A stretch of 64,000 nt of DNA from the NCBI GenBank assembly GCA_947500435.1, contig CANMRV010000003.1, positions 291,271 through 355,270 on the forward strand, read 5' to 3'. A program made the translations under genes and the position numbers. This DNA comes from an uncultured Flavobacteriaceae bacterium. GTDB lineage: Bacteria > Bacteroidota > Bacteroidia > Flavobacteriales > Flavobacteriaceae. Under the pieces are notes generated by a model. The model saw nothing but the letters and a program-made list of their open reading frames with translations, did not search any database and was not told the origin of the DNA. Shown here piece by piece: positions 46,785-56,606 of this stretch (within the stretch, counting starts at the first letter, position 1; each line of letters begins with the position of its first letter).

Positions 46785-47888
46785 ATGTCGAGTTTACCAT
46801 GGTATACATCAAAAAACGATATCATGAAAACTACAATCAATCTTTGTACTAGTCTTTTATTTACATTTTTATTCGTGTTTCAAGTCTCTTTTGGTCAAAA
46901 AGAAGAGAAAGAAGAACATGGAATGTCATTTTCGACATTTAACCATAAAGCTGAAATCGACAAGGGAATTTGGTTTGGCACTATCGAAAAGGAAACGGTC
47001 TGCATCCAATTAATGGATTCCAAGAATAGGAGCAATCCTTCCTTTATGATTAGTCTCTGTATTCCGGTTGAGGAATTTACCTTGAATACAGCTGGAGGAT
47101 TTGAATTGAATAAACCTTCAGGCTCCATTAAGTTTGAAGGGGCATTCCCAAATGATAAAGGAAATGGTGACTTCACTTTCGTAAAAAATCGCGAGTTTGA
47201 GGCTTTCCTTAATAAAGAGGGGATTATCTCCAACGGTGATGATCGTTATAACTATTTCAAGTTGTTCTTAGGAGATGTATCAAAAGAATATGTTCTTGGA
47301 TTAAAAAGACATGGGTATAAACCAACTTTGAAGCAACTTGGCAAACTTGGAATCCACGATGTGGATTTGGAGTATATCAATTCGATTGCCAACACTAATT
47401 ATAAAGGTTTGGAACTCGATATGCTTATAAAATTTGCGATTCACGATATTTCAATCGATTATATCAAGGACTTAGAAAAAGCTGGTTACGGCGATATAGA
47501 TGCCAATATGATCAAGAAATTTGCCATACATGATGTTAGTATTGATTATATAAATGGACTCTCAAAAGCGGGGTATGTTAATTTGGATCCTAATATGATT
47601 AAAAACTTCGCTGTTCACGATATTACGCTTGATTATATTCAAGGTTTATCTTCGGTGGGCTTTGCAAATTTAGAACCTGGAATGTTGAAGAACTTTGCGG
47701 TTCATGATATAAGTCCAAAATATATTAAATCACTAAAAGATACCGGCATTACTAATACAAGCCCAAATAGCTTCAAAAAAGCCAAAATTCACGGCTTAAC
47801 AGCGCGTTATATTAAGAGGGCACAGGCCGATGGTCATAATTCAAATGAATTGTCAGATTATATTCGGCTAAAGATTCATGGCAGGTAA
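46785..47888 (+). CDS. Secreted protein with tandem ~40-aa repeats
   Basis: 367 aa. About five consecutive units of the form (K/N)FA(I/V)HD(I/V)S(I/L)DYI..L...G(Y/F).....(N/G)M(I/L)K. Confidence 0.5.
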   Translation: MSSLPWYTSKNDIMKTTINLCTSLLFTFLFVFQVSFGQKEEKEEHGMSFSTFNHKAEIDKGIWFGTIEKETVCIQLMDSKNRSNPSFMISLCIPVEEFTLNTAGGFELNKPSGSIKFEGAFPNDKGNGDFTFVKNREFEAFLNKEGIISNGDDRYNYFKLFLGDVSKEYVLGLKRHGYKPTLKQLGKLGIHDVDLEYINSIANTNYKGLELDMLIKFAIHDISIDYIKDLEKAGYGDIDANMIKKFAIHDVSIDYINGLSKAGYVNLDPNMIKNFAVHDITLDYIQGLSSVGFANLEPGMLKNFAVHDISPKYIKSLKDTGITNTSPNSFKKAKIHGLTARYIKRAQADGHNSNELSDYIRLKIHGR

Positions 47889-47939
47889 ACTTTAGCTCTT
47901 TAAAAAGGAGTTTACACCAAGCTTTTAAAAAAAATAATC

Positions 47940-48896
47940 TTGTATTTTGTAGGCCGAATGATACAAAAACAAGAACTTTTAGACTGCCACCAAAGAATAC
48001 GGCCCTTTATTCACAGAACATCTGTTTTATCTTCCAGATTAATTAATGCTAAAGCTGGTGCCGAGGTATTCTTTAAATGTGAAAATTTTCAACGTGGTGG
48101 AGCTTACAAAATGAGAGGCGCTACGAATGCCATTTTGCAGCTGACAGATGAAGAGCGGAGTAAAGGAGTAGTCACCCATTCCTCTGGTAATTTCGCTCAA
48201 GCTGTTTCTTTAGGTGCAAAAAGTTTAGGTGTTACAGCCCATATTGTGATGCCTACTTCTGCTCCTGAAGTAAAAAAAATAGGGGTAAAAGAATATGAGG
48301 GAATTATCTACGAATGCGAACCTACCTTGGAAGCTAGAGAGCAAACTGCAAGTCAAATTGCACAAGAAACTGGGGCTACACTTTTACATCCTTCAAATGA
48401 CATAGATGTTATTATCGGACAGGGTACTGCCGCGATGGAGCTTTTGGAAGAACTGCCAGATTTGAATGCTATTTTTTGTCCCGTAGGAGGCGGCGGATTG
48501 ATAGCAGGATCAGCTTTAGCAGCGAAGTATTTCGGAAAAAATTGCAAAGTCTATGGCGGTGAACCTTTCGAAGCAGATGATGCCTATCGCTCTTTACAAA
48601 GCGGAAAAATCGAGGGCAACGAAACCACAAACACAATAGCCGACGGACTCAAAACTACATTAGGTAGCAATAACTTTCCAATAATCAAAGAACATGTCTC
48701 AGGAATCATTCGAGTAACCGAAGAAGAAATTGTTTCCGCAATGCGACTCATTTGGGAACGAATGAAAATCGTCGTGGAGCCCTCTAGCGCTGTGACCTTA
48801 GCAGCACTTTTACGCGACAAAGAAAATTTCAAAAACCAAAAAGTAGGAATTATTATTTCTGGAGGAAATGTGGATCTAAGCGGACTTCCTTTTTAA
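47940..48896 (+). CDS. PLP-dependent serine/threonine dehydratase family (serine racemase-like)
   Basis: 318 aa. FQRGGAYKMRGA Lys motif, GNFAQAVSLGA, Gly-rich loop GGGGLIAG. Confidence 0.7.
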   Translation: MYFVGRMIQKQELLDCHQRIRPFIHRTSVLSSRLINAKAGAEVFFKCENFQRGGAYKMRGATNAILQLTDEERSKGVVTHSSGNFAQAVSLGAKSLGVTAHIVMPTSAPEVKKIGVKEYEGIIYECEPTLEAREQTASQIAQETGATLLHPSNDIDVIIGQGTAAMELLEELPDLNAIFCPVGGGGLIAGSALAAKYFGKNCKVYGGEPFEADDAYRSLQSGKIEGNETTNTIADGLKTTLGSNNFPIIKEHVSGIIRVTEEEIVSAMRLIWERMKIVVEPSSAVTLAALLRDKENFKNQKVGIIISGGNVDLSGLPF

Positions 48897-48941
48897 GACA
48901 AATCAAAATAGCTATTCGATTTTACCTTGAATACCGTATAA

Positions 48942-50102
48942 TTGCCCTTTGAGATTTCTCAATACATGCGAAAATTTAAAAAAATACTCAAGAAAATGGG
49001 ATTACTCCTTGGTGGATTGCTATTGATTCTGGTCATTTTTGCCGCCCTTTTTGTAAATATAAGTCCAGAATTTGGTGGTACTCCTACCAAAGAACAAAAG
49101 TTGCGATATGCCCAATCCAAGAATTACAAAGAAGGTGTTTTTGTAAATAAAGGAGATATCAAAATGAGTATGGGCTTCGGCAAAATGATGAAGGCTATTG
49201 GTCAATCCATAAGCGCTCAACCTAATTCAAAGCCTGAAAAAAGAATAACTGTTAAGAAAATTGATTCAATAACCGTAGCAGATTACAAAGGGCCAACTCG
49301 TTTGATATGGTTTGGACATTCTTCTTTTCTCCTTCAAATGGAAGGGAAAAATATATTAATAGACCCTATGTTCGGTGCGGTTCCCGCTCCGCATCCCATA
49401 CTTGGGGTGAAACGATTTAGCAAAAGTTTGCCTATTGAGATTCAGAAATTACCGAAAATAGATGCGGTCCTATTTTCACATGACCACTATGATCATCTTG
49501 ATTATGGTTCTATTCAATTGTTGAAAGGGAAAGTAGATATGTTCTATACACCCCTAGGTGTTGGCGCACATCTTTCAGAATGGGGAGTTGCCGAGGCGCA
49601 AATAGTAGAAATGGATTGGTGGGATGAAACAGATTTTCAAGGCTTGCGTTTTACGTGCGCCCCAGCTCAACACTTTTCAGGTAGGGGACTTACAGACCGG
49701 GGAAAAACCTTGTGGAGCGCTTGGGCAATTCATTCTTCGACCGAAAATATTTTCTTTAGTGGTGATAGTGGCTATGGTACACATTTTAAAGAAATCGGTG
49801 AAAAACTGGGGCCTTTCGATTTTGCAATGCTGGAATGCGGACAATACAATGAACTTTGGAGTGAAATTCACATGATGCCAGAGGAAACAGCGCAAGCAGG
49901 ATTAGATGTAAAGGCAAACAAGATAATGCCGATTCACTGGGGAGCTTTCAAACTAGCAATGCATCCTTGGACTGAACCTGTAGAAAGAGTTTCCGAAAAA
50001 GCTTCGGAATTGGGAGTTGCAACTACAATCCCAAAAATTGGGGAGTATATTTATTTGGAAGCAGACCAAATTTCAGATGAACGCTGGTGGGAAGAGTTTT
50101 AG
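48942..50102 (+). CDS. MBL-fold metallo-hydrolase (NAPE-PLD-like), membrane anchored
   Basis: 386 aa. N-terminal TM segment, HDHYDH metal-binding motif. Confidence 0.65.
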   Translation: MPFEISQYMRKFKKILKKMGLLLGGLLLILVIFAALFVNISPEFGGTPTKEQKLRYAQSKNYKEGVFVNKGDIKMSMGFGKMMKAIGQSISAQPNSKPEKRITVKKIDSITVADYKGPTRLIWFGHSSFLLQMEGKNILIDPMFGAVPAPHPILGVKRFSKSLPIEIQKLPKIDAVLFSHDHYDHLDYGSIQLLKGKVDMFYTPLGVGAHLSEWGVAEAQIVEMDWWDETDFQGLRFTCAPAQHFSGRGLTDRGKTLWSAWAIHSSTENIFFSGDSGYGTHFKEIGEKLGPFDFAMLECGQYNELWSEIHMMPEETAQAGLDVKANKIMPIHWGAFKLAMHPWTEPVERVSEKASELGVATTIPKIGEYIYLEADQISDERWWEEF

Positions 50103-50175
50103 TTTCATCGTGAGTAAATTGAATTTCAGTAACTTACCCTACTAAAGGCATTATTTATCAATCAAAAATAAATCC

Positions 50176-51639
50176 ATGAAAAAATCACAATTTTTCAAAT
50201 CTGGCTTTGCATTCCTGTTCATCATAGCTCTCCTGTCTTGTGAACCTTCTGACAAAAAAGACCCCCAAAGTCTTGACGGCGTATGGAAATCCCTAGGCTA
50301 TGGAAGAGTTGTAAATATAGAAGAAGGAGAGTATACCTTGGCCGATGTCACTGCAATTTCATGTATGCCCCTAATGGAGGGAAACATTTCAGATTTTGGC
50401 GACAAACTGAAGGTGCGAAATGATACGATAACCCTAGAAGATGGAATAAACGTCTACTATTTTGTTAAGGTTGAAGATGCTCCAGCCGTTTGTCAGAATG
50501 ATTCCCCAGAGTATGCAGAAGCCCAGGCAAGGGCAAATGATCCGGAATATAACTTTGAGGTCCTTTGGGAAACTTTCAAAGACCATTATGCATACTTTGA
50601 ATTGCGGAATGTAGACCCTGAAGAGATGTACGCTGAATACCGCCCTAAGATAACGGCAGAAACTACAGATGCCGAGTTGTTCTTAGTATTAAACGAAATG
50701 TTGGAATCCTTTGATGACGGCCATATTGGCCTTGGCGCATCAGATGAAGTGGAAGAAGCTGCTATGAAGCTTTATGAAGCAAAACAGGCTGCTCAAAGTG
50801 AAGAAGATGTTTCTGATGAAAAGCCAAAAAAACGACTTCGCAATTATGAGGTTGCAGCTGAGGTAGCAAAGAAGTACATCCCAGAAGGCACATATATTAA
50901 AAATGGAAACCTACGTTGGGGAAAGCTAAAGAACAATATTGGGTATCTTCAAATGAATCAGATGATGGGAATGGCCAATTATGGAATAAGCGACACCCTT
51001 TCTTATCGAGATCATTGGATGGCTTACTTTGAAAAGTCAGAGAATGCAGAAAATGATAATGAGGATGAACTTAACGGAGTTAATTCTTCATTAGATTTTA
51101 TCATGAAAGATATCGCTGACACCGATGCTCTTATTATTGATGTGCGCTTCAATGGAGGTGGACAAGATGAAGTTGGTATGGCGGTTCTCGAACGCCTAAA
51201 CATTGAAGATAAAGTGGTGTTTACAAAAAAAGGAAAATTGGAAGAAGGTTTTACCCCTTTGAACCATGTTGTTCAAAAAGGTTCTGAAAACGCTTATTCA
51301 AAACCAGTCTATTTGCTAATTGGTCCAGAATCGGCAAGCGCCACTGAAATAATGGCCTTAAGCTCTCTATCATTGCCTAATGTGACGAGAATAGGGTCGA
51401 AAACCGAAGGAGTATTTTCCGATATATTAGATAGAGTGCTTCCCAATGGTTGGGAGTTTGGATTATCAAGTGAAGTCTACTTAGACCTTAAAGGCAATAA
51501 TTACGAAGGGGTAGGTATTTCTCCAGATGTGGAAATTGGCTATGAGAGAGATACCCAAATGTTTTTAAATCAGGTGGTCAACGGGCTTAATTCGGAAGGT
51601 GATAAGGCGATTGAAAAAGCCCTTGAGCTTATTAATTAG
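50176..51639 (+). CDS. S41-family serine peptidase (tail-specific protease-like) lipoprotein
   Basis: 487 aa. Lipobox LLSCEPS. LIGPESASATEIMA active-site Ser region. Confidence 0.65.
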   Translation: MKKSQFFKSGFAFLFIIALLSCEPSDKKDPQSLDGVWKSLGYGRVVNIEEGEYTLADVTAISCMPLMEGNISDFGDKLKVRNDTITLEDGINVYYFVKVEDAPAVCQNDSPEYAEAQARANDPEYNFEVLWETFKDHYAYFELRNVDPEEMYAEYRPKITAETTDAELFLVLNEMLESFDDGHIGLGASDEVEEAAMKLYEAKQAAQSEEDVSDEKPKKRLRNYEVAAEVAKKYIPEGTYIKNGNLRWGKLKNNIGYLQMNQMMGMANYGISDTLSYRDHWMAYFEKSENAENDNEDELNGVNSSLDFIMKDIADTDALIIDVRFNGGGQDEVGMAVLERLNIEDKVVFTKKGKLEEGFTPLNHVVQKGSENAYSKPVYLLIGPESASATEIMALSSLSLPNVTRIGSKTEGVFSDILDRVLPNGWEFGLSSEVYLDLKGNNYEGVGISPDVEIGYERDTQMFLNQVVNGLNSEGDKAIEKALELIN

Positions 51640-51673
51640 GCTCAAGAATGCATTTTAAAAGAAGAGGCATCGC

Positions 51674-52099
51674 TTAGTTTTTACTGAGTAAAGCCTCAGC
51701 TGCTGCAATACTTGAATTCATCTTTTCAGCCACTATCTTTACTTTTTCTTCTTCCTCATCTAACCATTGCTTTTTCTCTTCGGTCAATGCTTTGCCGTTT
51801 GAAATTTCTTCATAATCAAAACGTTTATTGAAGCCTTGCATCCAATCCATCATACTTTTGTTGGCATCTTGTAAATCTTCCATGACTTTTTTTTCAGCAA
51901 TGCCACCTTGATCAGTATCTATTTTCTTTCTCAATTGCGAGACCAAGCTTCCGATTTTGCCCATTTTAGGCATTACCTCATCGTGAATGGCCATAACCTG
52001 ATCCATTTGATTTGAATCAGGAGATTCTTTCTTTTCTTCTTTGCAGGATATAGATAGTGTAAAAACTACGGATATTAGAATTAGGGTATACTTTTTCAT
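51674..52099 (-). CDS. Small lipoprotein, unknown function
   Basis: Start placed at the internal ATG (52097..52099), which gives MKKYTLILISVVFTLSISC. Track ORF extends to 52168. Confidence 0.45.
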   Translation of the reverse strand: MKKYTLILISVVFTLSISCKEEKKESPDSNQMDQVMAIHDEVMPKMGKIGSLVSQLRKKIDTDQGGIAEKKVMEDLQDANKSMMDWMQGFNKRFDYEEISNGKALTEEKKQWLDEEEEKVKIVAEKMNSSIAAAEALLSKN

Positions 52100-52185
52100 T
52101 TTTAATGAGCTCATATGATTTGAAACAAATTTACGACCTGATACATAAATTGATATGATGATACTCATAAAAAAACACCACTTTT

Positions 52186-53088
52186 GTGAAAATTTTTTAT
52201 CCGTTGAGTGACTATCAAAAAAAGTGGTTTTATCTGGTATTGCTTTCCTTTATTTGGGGCTCTTCTTTTATACTTATTAAAAAAGCGCTTATAGGTTTTA
52301 CTCCATTACAACTTGGAGGATTAAGAATCGTGTTTGCTTCGTTAACCTTATTTCTATTTGGATTCCGGAGTATGTCTAAGATTAAACTGGTAGATTGGAA
52401 GTGGTTGATAATCGCGGGACTCACAAGCTCATTTTTCCCTCCCTTCTTATTTGCATTGGCCCAAACACAATTAGATAGTGGTATTACCTCTATTTTCAAT
52501 TCCATAGTACCCTTAATGACTACTCTTGTTGGAATTGCTCTCTTCGGGGCAATTATTACCAAACGGCAAGTTTTAGGGGTTTTCATCGGACTCTTTGGCA
52601 CGGTTGCTTTGATTTTAGCGGGAATGGAATTTACCCCAGACCAAAATTATTGGTATGCTATCTTCATTTTTCTATCCGCTCTTGGCTATGCTTTTAACAT
52701 CAATATTATTAAAAGACATTTGTCGCATATGAGCTCGTTAACCTTGACCACAGCTAGTTTTGCAGTTGCATTTGTGCCTGCCATATTTTTAGTCATATAC
52801 TCAGGTTTTTTTCAAGAAATAACAGAGAATGTGCAAATGCATAACGCGGTTTGGTATTTGTTGGCACTTGCGGTTTTAGGTACGGCCTGGGCAAACATCC
52901 TTTTTAATAAGTTGATCTATATTTCGAGTCCTGTGTTTGCGGCTTCGGTGACGTATACCATTCCTTTAGTAGCTGTTTTATGGGGCGTTTGGGATGGGGA
53001 AAATATCAACATATACCAACTTTTGGGTGGCGGCATTATTCTATTTGGAGTTTGGTTGGTGAATAAAAAGAAAAAAGTTATTGATTAA
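52186..53088 (+). CDS. EamA/DMT-family transporter
   Basis: 300 aa (GTG start in the track), 10 TM helices, two EamA-type repeats. Confidence 0.65.
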   Translation: MKIFYPLSDYQKKWFYLVLLSFIWGSSFILIKKALIGFTPLQLGGLRIVFASLTLFLFGFRSMSKIKLVDWKWLIIAGLTSSFFPPFLFALAQTQLDSGITSIFNSIVPLMTTLVGIALFGAIITKRQVLGVFIGLFGTVALILAGMEFTPDQNYWYAIFIFLSALGYAFNINIIKRHLSHMSSLTLTTASFAVAFVPAIFLVIYSGFFQEITENVQMHNAVWYLLALAVLGTAWANILFNKLIYISSPVFAASVTYTIPLVAVLWGVWDGENINIYQLLGGGIILFGVWLVNKKKKVID

Positions 53089-53142
53089 CTGTAACATTTC
53101 TATTTTTATATACTCATTCAAGTAACTAAAAAACGAACAATC

Positions 53143-53892
53143 ATGAAAAAATCAGTTTTATTCACACTAGTATTGGGTGCATTCTTGCTGCTTCCCAATA
53201 TTAGCAATGCACAAAAGGTAACTAACGTAAAGTCTTTTGATAAAGTAATTGTAAGTCCTCACATTGAAGTTATCTTGGTGGAGGGCAACGAGGAATCTGT
53301 AAAGATTGAAAATGCTAAGGTTTCCGAAGATAAAATCAACATAAAGGTTGAAGGGAATACACTTCGTTTGTATTTAGACGGAGCTAAAACGGTCACCAAA
53401 TCCGAACGTGTTGATAGCGATAACTGGAAAGGGAAACGTTCTATCTACAATGGCACCATGGCCACAGCTACGATTACCTATAAAGATTTGAGAGCCTTAT
53501 CTGTTCGCGGGGAAGAAATTATTAAATGCGAAAGTCCGATAGAGCAAAAGAAACTAAAGCTAACGGTCTACGGAGAATCGAAAGTCTATTTTAACTCTAT
53601 TACAACGGAAGAATTAACTGTTTCCATATATGGAGAAAGCTATTTAGAGATTCAAGGTGGCGATGTAGGGCGACAAGTATATCGCGCCTATGGAGAGAGT
53701 GAGGTCAATACTTTGGATATGGAAAATACATCAACTAAAATTACTGCTTACGGAGAAAGTAATTTTAGGGTTAATGTTTCTAATCGTTTAAAGGTGACTT
53801 GCTACGGAGAAACCAAAATCAATTATAAAGGTGATGCCGATGTAGACAAAGGAATTGTAATTGGTGAAGCCAGGATACGAAAAATCGGATAG
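53143..53892 (+). CDS. DUF2807 / head-GIN-domain secreted beta-helix protein
   Basis: 249 aa with a signal peptide. Repeated (V/I)YGES...(V/I) strand motifs. Confidence 0.55.
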   Translation: MKKSVLFTLVLGAFLLLPNISNAQKVTNVKSFDKVIVSPHIEVILVEGNEESVKIENAKVSEDKINIKVEGNTLRLYLDGAKTVTKSERVDSDNWKGKRSIYNGTMATATITYKDLRALSVRGEEIIKCESPIEQKKLKLTVYGESKVYFNSITTEELTVSIYGESYLEIQGGDVGRQVYRAYGESEVNTLDMENTSTKITAYGESNFRVNVSNRLKVTCYGETKINYKGDADVDKGIVIGEARIRKIG

Positions 53893-53915
53893 ACCGACTA
53901 AACAAACAACAATCC

Positions 53916-53947
53916 AAATCCTGATGCGAAACCGTCAGGATTTTTTT
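53916..53947 (+). terminator. Rho-independent terminator after the DUF2807 gene
   Basis: AAATCCTGA / TCAGGATTT 9-bp stem, 10-nt loop, then TTTTTTT. Confidence 0.65.
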
Positions 53948-54021
53948 GTGTTAAAGTAGCTGTTTTCATTCAGTTCGATTTGAATATTTTGTAATTTAAA
54001 GGGAATCTGAAATCAATTGCT

Positions 54022-54477
54022 ATGGGACTTTATGCTTTACCTATTCGTTTTGGTGTAGCCACAAGTGGTTGCCTAATTATTTATTTTTTGATGCTTTCAC
54101 TTTTCGGACTTCATACTAATGTATTTTTTAGTCTATTTAATGCTGTTATTACAGGGGTCGGAGTATATATGGCAATAAAAATGTTTCGCGAGCGGAGTAA
54201 GCATGACTTTAACTACGGAGAAGGTTTTATCGCTGGTATGGTAACCGGAGGTACGGCCACTTTGATTTTCACTATGTTTTTTACGTTGTATTCGACCGAG
54301 TTGAACACCGAATTTTTGGCCAATTTATCAACGACCTGGTTTCAACAATATCAGTCTTTTGAGGCTATCGTTTTCTTTACAGTAGCTATTATGGGTTTTG
54401 CAACAACATTGGTGCTTACGCTGTCATTTATGCAGCTTTTTAAGACTTCGAACAACCTAGCTAAAAAAACAGCTTAA
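54022..54477 (+). CDS. DUF4199-like small membrane protein
   Basis: 151 aa, 4 TM helices. Confidence 0.4.
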   Translation: MGLYALPIRFGVATSGCLIIYFLMLSLFGLHTNVFFSLFNAVITGVGVYMAIKMFRERSKHDFNYGEGFIAGMVTGGTATLIFTMFFTLYSTELNTEFLANLSTTWFQQYQSFEAIVFFTVAIMGFATTLVLTLSFMQLFKTSNNLAKKTA

Positions 54478-54493
54478 ATTCTTGTGAAATCCC

Positions 54494-54523
54494 TTGTGGA
54501 TTACCTATTTACACTTATATTTG
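54494..54523 (+). promoter_or_regulatory. Bacteroidetes sigma-A-type promoter (-33 TTG / -7 TATATTTG) for rplU-rpmA
   Basis: TTG at 54494..54496 and TATATTTG at 54516..54523, about 68 nt upstream of the rplU ATG. Matches the TTG-N(17-23)-TAnnTTTG consensus. Confidence 0.5.
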
Positions 54524-54590
54524 CATCCGCTTAAAGAAAATTTGAGCAATTAATCTCGATTATCGAGTAAATTTAAATCATATACACGCT

Positions 54591-55292
54591 ATGTACGCAA
54601 TTGTAGAGATGGCAGGGCAGCAATTTAAAGTTGCGAAAGACCAAAAAGTATATGTTCACCGTTTGCAAACAGAAGAAGGTAAAAAGGTAACTTTTGACAA
54701 TGTACTTCTTTTAGACGACGGAAAGAACGTAACTATTGGCGCCCCAGCTATAGACGGAGCCGCTGTTGAGGCTAAAGTCATTAAGCACCTTAGAGGTGAC
54801 AAAGTAATCGTCTTTCACAAGAAAAGACGTAAAGGGTACCGTAAGAAAAACGGACACCGTCAGTCATTGACTGAAATCGTAATCGAAAGCATCGTTGCAA
54901 AAGGCGCTAAAAAAGCTAAAGCAGCTGAGCCAAAGAAAGCCGCTCCTAAAAAAGAAGCAGCACCTAAGGTTGAAGCTCCAAAAGCAAAAGCAGCTCCGAA
55001 AGCCGCAGCACCAAAGAAAGCTGCCGCTCCAAAAGCAAAACCAGCCAAAGCTGACGATTTGAAAAAGATTGAGGGTATAGGTCCAAAAATCGCTACTACT
55101 TTAATTGAAGCAGGTATTGCAACTTTTGCAGATTTAGCAAAAGCAAAGCCGGCAAAAATTTCTGAAATCATTGCAGACGTGCGTGGAAACCACGTAACTG
55201 ACACATGGCCAGCACAAGCAAAATTAGCTGCAGCAGGTAAGTGGGATGAGTTGAAGAAATGGCAAGACGAATTAGACGGCGGAAAAGCGTAA
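54591..55292 (+). CDS. rplU: 50S ribosomal protein bL21 with a ~130-aa C-terminal extension (Lys/Ala/Pro-rich repeats + HhH-like domain)
   Basis: First ~103 aa are canonical bL21 (MYAIVEMAGQQFKV...). Then (A/P)K(K/A)A repeats and an IEGIGPKIATTLIEAGIATFADLA helix-hairpin-helix-like segment. Confidence 0.8.
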   Translation: MYAIVEMAGQQFKVAKDQKVYVHRLQTEEGKKVTFDNVLLLDDGKNVTIGAPAIDGAAVEAKVIKHLRGDKVIVFHKKRRKGYRKKNGHRQSLTEIVIESIVAKGAKKAKAAEPKKAAPKKEAAPKVEAPKAKAAPKAAAPKKAAAPKAKPAKADDLKKIEGIGPKIATTLIEAGIATFADLAKAKPAKISEIIADVRGNHVTDTWPAQAKLAAAGKWDELKKWQDELDGGKA

Positions 55293-55346
55293 TTTTAGAA
55301 TTAGTAACCAGACCCTGAAACAGGTTCAGGGTGTAAACAATATATC

Positions 55347-55607
55347 ATGGCACACAAAAAAGGTGTAGGTAGTTCGAAAAACGGTAGAGAGTCAGAATCG
55401 AAACGCTTAGGGGTTAAGATTTTTGGTGGTCAAGCTGCTATTGCAGGTAACATCATCGTAAGACAACGTGGTACCAAGCATAACCCAGGTGAGAATGTAT
55501 ACTTAGGTAAAGACCATACATTGCATGCCCGTGTTGACGGACTCGTAAAATTCACAAAGAAAGCAGGCGGAAAGTCTTATGTTTCTATTGAGCCGTTTGA
55601 AGCTTAA
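55347..55607 (+). CDS. rpmA: 50S ribosomal protein bL27
   Basis: 86 aa, [24 protein letters not shown] signature. Confidence 0.9.
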   Translation: MAHKKGVGSSKNGRESESKRLGVKIFGGQAAIAGNIIVRQRGTKHNPGENVYLGKDHTLHARVDGLVKFTKKAGGKSYVSIEPFEA

Positions 55608-55631
55608 GGAAAACTTTCTTTAATCATATTG

Positions 55632-55667
55632 AAAACCCTCTCCAGTTATGGAGAGGGTTTTTTGTTT
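55632..55667 (+). terminator. Rho-independent terminator after rpmA
   Basis: AAAACCCTCTCC-agttat-GGAGAGGGTTTT followed by a T-run. Confidence 0.75.
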
Positions 55668-55740
55668 GGTGATGGTTTTTTGAGCTTTATGTTAGGATTA
55701 GATTTTTAGTATCTTCATTAAAAGTTCAAATAAAGAATCA

Positions 55741-56346
55741 ATGAAAACCCCTTTGGTAATACTACTTCTTTTGTTTTTCTTAATTGGATGTAACAATCAG
55801 AAATCTAATCGTAAAGAGACCGTAATTAGATACTATAATGCTTTTGATTCGGGTAAGTACAATGAAATCAAAACTCTAATCAATGATAGTATCGCCCAAA
55901 TTAATGGAGATTTTATAACCAGTTATAACCATGACAGCTTTTATGGTTTTTTTAAATGGGATTCCATATTTAAATCATCGTATGAAGTGGTTGAATTAGT
56001 CGAAAAGGAGGATGATATTATAGTGACTGTTTCGCAAGAGAATCTACGCAATGCTTTTTTAAAGAACAATCCTTTGGTGTACAAAGTCAAGGTGTCCTTT
56101 GATTTTGGAAAAATCTCAAAGCTCGAGGATTTAGAATACATTGACACAAATTGGGAAGTATGGAATAGAGAGAAAAATGATTTAGTTGCCTGGATAAAGA
56201 AAAATCATCCTGATTTAGATGGTTTTGTAAATGATATGACAATGAAGGGTGCTAAAAGGTATTTAAAGGCCATAGATTTTAATATAGCGAAGGAAGACTT
56301 TGATATACAAGAGAAAAGAACTACTAAAAGCTCTAATAGTCTGTAG
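55741..56346 (+). CDS. Lipoprotein, unknown function
   Basis: 201 aa, lipobox LIGCNNQ. Confidence 0.45.
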   Translation: MKTPLVILLLLFFLIGCNNQKSNRKETVIRYYNAFDSGKYNEIKTLINDSIAQINGDFITSYNHDSFYGFFKWDSIFKSSYEVVELVEKEDDIIVTVSQENLRNAFLKNNPLVYKVKVSFDFGKISKLEDLEYIDTNWEVWNREKNDLVAWIKKNHPDLDGFVNDMTMKGAKRYLKAIDFNIAKEDFDIQEKRTTKSSNSL

Positions 56347-56386
56347 ATTTATCTTTAAATCTATAATAAGCAAATAAAACTATATC

Positions 56387-56575
56387 ATGATATTCAGAAT
56401 ACTAATAACCCTATTAATTCTAGGCTTGGGGTATTACATCATTCGAATGGTAACTGGCAACTCAGAGTACAAAAAATGCCAAAAATGTGCTGGTAAAGGC
56501 TATTGGAAAGCTACGCGCGGTGAAAAAGATAAATGTGATGTTTGTCAGGGTGCAGGTAAAGTTTCAAGAAGGTAA
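56387..56575 (+). CDS. Small membrane-anchored protein with CxxC...CxxC
   Basis: 62 aa. One TM segment, then CQKCAGKG...CDVCQGAGK. Confidence 0.35.
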   Translation: MIFRILITLLILGLGYYIIRMVTGNSEYKKCQKCAGKGYWKATRGEKDKCDVCQGAGKVSRR

Positions 56576-56606
56576 ACGATTTAGTCGGTAAAACCGTTCT
56601 TATTGT

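Noticed and set aside
54860-55204. 114-aa antisense ORF over the rplU extension
   Set aside because: It is an artefact of the GC-rich Ala/Lys/Pro codon repeats, antisense codons reading as Ala/Phe/Gly runs. The sense-strand bL21 extension is the coherent reading.
55305-55330. Hairpin CCCTGAA-acagg-TTCAGGG between rplU and rpmA as a terminator
   Set aside because: No U-run follows it, and the two genes are expected to be co-transcribed. It is more likely an mRNA structural or processing element than a terminator.
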